A stretch of 2,395 bases of DNA from Escherichia coli (lineage in GTDB: Bacteria > Pseudomonadota > Gammaproteobacteria > Enterobacterales > Enterobacteriaceae): assembly GCF_003334335.1 (NCBI RefSeq), contig NZ_QOWQ01000088.1; one strand, written 5' to 3'. This document shows positions 1 through 2,395 of this stretch, in pieces (the stretch's first letter is position 1; every line of letters begins with the position of its first letter). The position numbers and the translations under genes were made by a program. The notes beneath the pieces are model-generated. The model was not told the DNA's origin. It saw nothing but the letters and a program-made list of their open reading frames with translations, and searched no databases.

Positions 1-51
1 GAACGCCCACCGCGTCCGTCCCGCACATTCCAGCAACGCATCTGGAGGTAA
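1..51 (+). CDS. 3' end of an upstream gene (partial, product unknown)
   Basis: Frame 1 is open from the window edge to TAA at 49-51 (tail ...ERPPRPSRTFQQRIWR*). The stop lies 1 nt before the GTG at 53, a typical translationally coupled junction. Only 17 codons are visible, so the product cannot be identified. Confidence 0.3.
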   Translation, partial: ERPPRPSRTFQQRIWR

Positions 52-52
52 C

Positions 53-1117
53 GTGCGGGTATTACTTCGACCTGTTCCGGTACCGGAACTTGGGCTGGTG
101 GTCCTTAAACCAGGCCGTGAATCCATGCAGGTATTCCATAACCCTCGAGTACTGGTGGAGCCGGAACCGAAAAGCATGCGTAATCTGCCGTCCGGAGTCG
201 TCCCTGCTGTTCGCCAGCCGCTGGCGGAGGATAAATCATTACTGCCATTTTTCAGCGATGATCGGGTGATTCGTGCTGCTGGTGGCGCTGGGGCACTGTC
301 TGACTGGCTGTTGCGTCATGTCAAATCCTGCCAGTGGCCTCATGGTGACTATCATCACAGTGAAATCGTCATACATCGTTACGGTACCGGCGCGATGGTG
401 TTGTGCTGGCACTGCGACAACCAGCTGCGTGACCAGACATCCGAATCACTCGGGCAACTTGCTCATCAAAACCTGTCAGCATGGATGATTGACGTCATCC
501 GTCACGCAATCAGCGGTACGCAGGAGAGGGAGTTATCGCTGGCCGAATTATCCTGGTGGGCGGTCTGCAATCAGGTGGCTGATGCGCTTCCGGAGTCTGT
601 ATTGCGTCGTTCACTGGGATTACCGGTGGAAAAAATCCGCTCCGTATACAGTGAGAGCGACATCGTACCGGGAGAACAGACAGCCACTAGCATACTGAAG
701 CAGCGCACAAAAAATATTGCGCTACCGCCTCACGTCCACCAGCACCAGCAACAGAACCCACCACAGGAAAAGACGGTGGTCAGCATTGCCGTTGATCCGG
801 AATCTCCGGCTCAGTATCTCCAGCGCCAGAAACCACAACGGGAAGAGATGCCTGTATACACGCGCTGGGTAAAAACGCAGAAATGCATGACGTGTGGCAA
901 TCAGGCAGATGATCCGCATCACATCATTGGTCATGGACTGGGAGGTATGGGAACAAAGGCTGACGATTTGTTTGTTATTCCGTTGTGCCGTAAATGCCAT
1001 AACGAACTACACGCCGGAGTAAAAGATTTTGAAGAGAAACACGGCAGTCAGCTGTTGTTGCTGATTCGTTTTTTAATGCACGCGAGAAATTCGGGTGTTC
1101 TGAAGTGGAAAGCATAA
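53..1117 (+). CDS. DUF968-like prophage protein with C-terminal HNH/His-Me-finger-like zinc-binding motif (putative nuclease)
   Basis: 1065-nt ORF (354 aa) with GTG start at 53, GGAGG at 45-49 and stop TAA at 1115-1117 directly abutting the rusA ATG. C-terminal residues 278-320 (nt 884-1012) read CMTCG...DDPHH...LCRKCHNELH, i.e. CxxC...HH...CxxCH-N-x2-H, the HNH/His-Me finger signature. Proteins of this architecture commonly sit just upstream of rusA in lambdoid prophages (family assignment is from memory, not a search). The start is uncertain: the SD-to-GTG spacing is short and in-frame ATGs occur at 125 and 176. Confidence 0.75.
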   Translation: MRVLLRPVPVPELGLVVLKPGRESMQVFHNPRVLVEPEPKSMRNLPSGVVPAVRQPLAEDKSLLPFFSDDRVIRAAGGAGALSDWLLRHVKSCQWPHGDYHHSEIVIHRYGTGAMVLCWHCDNQLRDQTSESLGQLAHQNLSAWMIDVIRHAISGTQERELSLAELSWWAVCNQVADALPESVLRRSLGLPVEKIRSVYSESDIVPGEQTATSILKQRTKNIALPPHVHQHQQQNPPQEKTVVSIAVDPESPAQYLQRQKPQREEMPVYTRWVKTQKCMTCGNQADDPHHIIGHGLGGMGTKADDLFVIPLCRKCHNELHAGVKDFEEKHGSQLLLLIRFLMHARNSGVLKWKA

Positions 1118-1486
1118 ATGACCGAGCGCATAGAATTTGTTTTGCCTTACCCGCCGACGGTGAACACTTACTGGCGACGCCGTGGCAGCACATATTTTGT
1201 ATCAAAAGCCGGGGAGCGTTATCGCCGGGCAGTGGCGCTTATTGTTCGCCAGCAGCGACTGAAATTAAGCCTGTCCGGAAGGCTGGTAATCAGGATTATT
1301 GCAGAGCCACCGGATAAGCGTCGTCGTGACCTGGACAATATTCTGAAAGCACCGCTGGATGCGCTGACGCACGCGGGGTTGTTAATGGACGATGAGCAGT
1401 TTGATGAAATCAATATTGTACGTGGCCAGCCAGTATCTGGTGGACGGCTGGAGATAAGAATTACAGAGGTGGGTGTGCATGAATAA
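1118..1486 (+). CDS. rusA: Crossover junction endodeoxyribonuclease RusA (Holliday junction resolvase)
   Basis: 122-aa ORF whose ATG immediately follows the upstream stop (TAAATG at 1115-1120). The translation carries recognisable RusA blocks: LPYPPTVN.YW near the N-terminus, PDKRRRDLDN (catalytic aspartate cluster), DALT.AGLL.DDEQ, and GGRLEIRITE near the C-terminus. The size matches the ~120-aa RusA family. Confidence 0.9.
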   Translation: MTERIEFVLPYPPTVNTYWRRRGSTYFVSKAGERYRRAVALIVRQQRLKLSLSGRLVIRIIAEPPDKRRRDLDNILKAPLDALTHAGLLMDDEQFDEINIVRGQPVSGGRLEIRITEVGVHE

Positions 1487-2168
1487 CCAGTATTTACAGT
1501 TTGTTCGTGAGCAACTCATGATTGCCACTGCAGATCTCAGTGGGTCGACAAAATGCCAGCTGGAAGCCTGGCAGGAAAATGCCCTGTTCGATACAGGGCG
1601 TTACAGACGCAAAAAAATTCGTTACCGCGATGAGGTAACCGGAAAAATGATCACGCGGGATAATCCCCCGATCCAGGGTAAACAATCACTGGCGAAAGGC
1701 TCATCAATTGCGCTGGTCAGTCCTGTTGAGTTTGCAACATCATCGTGGCGGCGTGCCGTTCTGGAACTGGAAGAACATCAGAAGGCGTGGTTGTTGTGGT
1801 GTTATGGCGGAAACATTTGCTGGGAGCATCAGATCGCGATAACGCAGTGGGTGTGGAGTGAATTTAAAACTCAGTCCGGCTCCAGAAAAATTGCAGTGAA
1901 AACGCTGGAGCGTGTGAAGAAGTTGATCTGGCTGGCGGCACAGGATGTCAGAGGATGGGTTACCGGGTGTGAGGTCTACCAGAGACAGGAGCTTGCCAGA
2001 CTGTGTGGAGTTAAGCCTGATAACTGGAGCCATAATTATGCGAACTACTGGCGTGAGATGTGCGATATTTTTAAGCGCCTCGATAGAGAATCCTTGATTT
2101 GCTCCGTGAAAATAAGAGCGCAACAAAAAGCGACCTTTTCACGACGAGATATTGCAAAAGTCAATTAA
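1479..2168 (+). CDS. Putative late-gene antitermination protein Q-like (assignment by synteny, not by recognised motif)
   Basis: Open frame with stop TAA at 2166-2168. I prefer the ATG at 1479 (MNNQYLQ..., 229 aa) over the GTG at 1473 because GAGGT at 1466-1470 gives an 8-nt spacer; this start overlaps the rusA stop by 8 nt. The gene sits immediately downstream of rusA and about 70 nt upstream of a strong intrinsic terminator, the canonical position of Q in lambdoid phages. I do not recognise a diagnostic Q motif and see no CxxC zinc-finger pairs, so the function is inferred from gene order. Confidence 0.5.
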   Translation: MNNQYLQFVREQLMIATADLSGSTKCQLEAWQENALFDTGRYRRKKIRYRDEVTGKMITRDNPPIQGKQSLAKGSSIALVSPVEFATSSWRRAVLELEEHQKAWLLWCYGGNICWEHQIAITQWVWSEFKTQSGSRKIAVKTLERVKKLIWLAAQDVRGWVTGCEVYQRQELARLCGVKPDNWSHNYANYWREMCDIFKRLDRESLICSVKIRAQQKATFSRRDIAKVN

Positions 2169-2190
2169 ATCGCGTATGTTTCGTATAAAT
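2152..2190 (+). promoter_or_regulatory. Candidate sigma70 late promoter (pR'-like), location approximate
   Basis: TTGCAA (2152-2157), a 17-nt spacer, then TATGTT (2175-2180), predicting a start near 2187. An alternative -10 TATAAA at 2184-2189 has no good -35 and could instead be a -10-like pause element in the initial transcribed region, as Q-dependent promoters use. Hexamer matches are moderate (4/6 each) and the call is inferential. Confidence 0.3.
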
Positions 2191-2233
2191 CTGATATTTT
2201 GCCGATTTTGTACGTGATGGCAAAGTAAGAAAA

Positions 2234-2257
2234 AACCACCGCCAGGTGGTTTTTTTT
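2234..2257 (+). terminator. Rho-independent terminator (tR'-like, possibly bidirectional)
   Basis: Stem AACCACC (2234-2240) pairs with GGTGGTT (2245-2251) around loop GCCA, followed by a run of eight T (2250-2257). An A-tract (2230-2235) precedes it, so the structure is symmetric and could terminate in both directions. Confidence 0.75.
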
Positions 2258-2380
2258 ATGTCCGAAAATCGCGTCAGTACAGTAAACGCGCTGGTGGCGG
2301 TGAATACCTGTCTTTCAGCTTGCTGGCTTTTTCGACAAGAGTTATTGGTGTGTCACGTTAACCGGAAAAGGGAAAAAGAC

Positions 2381-2395
2381 ATGCTAAAACAGCAG
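2381..2395 (+). CDS. Possible 5' end of the downstream gene (partial, product unknown)
   Basis: ATG at 2381 (MLKQQ...) preceded by the purine-rich AAAAGGGAAAAAG (2365-2377), with GGG about 8 nt upstream. The frame is open to the window end, but only 5 codons are visible. An in-frame ATG at 2258 could extend it, but that stretch is rich in rare codons. Confidence 0.3.

Noticed and set aside
722-1000. Minus-strand ORFs from the six-frame track (722-1000, 975-1205, 1219-1413, 1494-1685, 1740-2126)
   Set aside because: Each lies entirely within a well-supported + strand gene. They lack convincing start contexts (the 1740-2126 ORF begins at a TTG), and their translations are low-complexity with no recognisable motifs. 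They are most likely shadow ORFs.
273-1317. Plus-strand alternative-frame ORFs (273-488, 489-698, 1105-1317)
   Set aside because: They overlap the DUF968-like and rusA genes in other frames, have Cys/Arg-rich random-looking translations and no ribosome-binding sites. They are frame-shadow artefacts.
2270-2290. Small hairpin CGCGT-N11-ACGCG
   Set aside because: A 5-bp stem with an 11-nt loop and no U-tract is expected by chance in GC-balanced sequence; I cannot assign it a function.
2317-2336. Second terminator-like element (CAGC-TT-GCTG followed by CTTTTT)
   Set aside because: The stem is only 4 bp with a 2-nt loop, sterically implausible, and the T-run is short. It is not a credible intrinsic terminator.
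2332-2361. Possible promoter for the downstream gene (TCGACA at 2332-2337)
   Set aside because: The -35 match is good (5/6), but no acceptable -10 hexamer lies 16-18 nt downstream. The downstream gene is more likely expressed by readthrough from the late promoter.
2258-2380. Extending the downstream gene to the ATG at 2258
   Set aside because: That ATG sits on the terminator T-tract, its SD would be buried in the hairpin, and the next 41 codons are rich in rare codons. The ATG at 2381 with a purine-rich leader is the more plausible start; the alternative is kept as a finding.
1-2395. tRNA, rRNA, CRISPR array, insertion-sequence inverted repeats, integrase or attachment sites
   Set aside because: No direct-repeat and spacer periodicity, no cloverleaf-compatible segment, and no terminal inverted repeats were seen. 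The window is almost entirely occupied by three protein-coding genes.

Overview
This window reads as the nin-region to late-control junction of a lambdoid (lambda-like) prophage in an enterobacterial, E. coli-like genome; I see no clearly novel system, only ordinary prophage content with a few uncertain points. All supported genes are on the + strand and tightly packed: the 3' end of an upstream gene (1-51), a 354-aa protein carrying an HNH/His-Me-finger-like cysteine/histidine motif (53-1117, DUF968-like), a clear RusA Holliday-junction resolvase (1118-1486), and a ~229-aa protein whose position suggests a late-gene antiterminator Q (1479-2168). Downstream lie a candidate late promoter, a strong intrinsic terminator (2234-2257) and the possible start of the next gene (2381 onward). 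The minus-strand ORFs in the supplied track all lie inside these + strand genes and look spurious. No tRNA, rRNA, CRISPR array or insertion-sequence ends were seen. The points most worth checking are the internally duplicated HNH-like motif in the first protein, the identity of the Q-like protein, the promoter/dyad/terminator architecture after it, and four Chi octamers in 2.4 kb. Everything here is from reading the sequence; no database search was possible.
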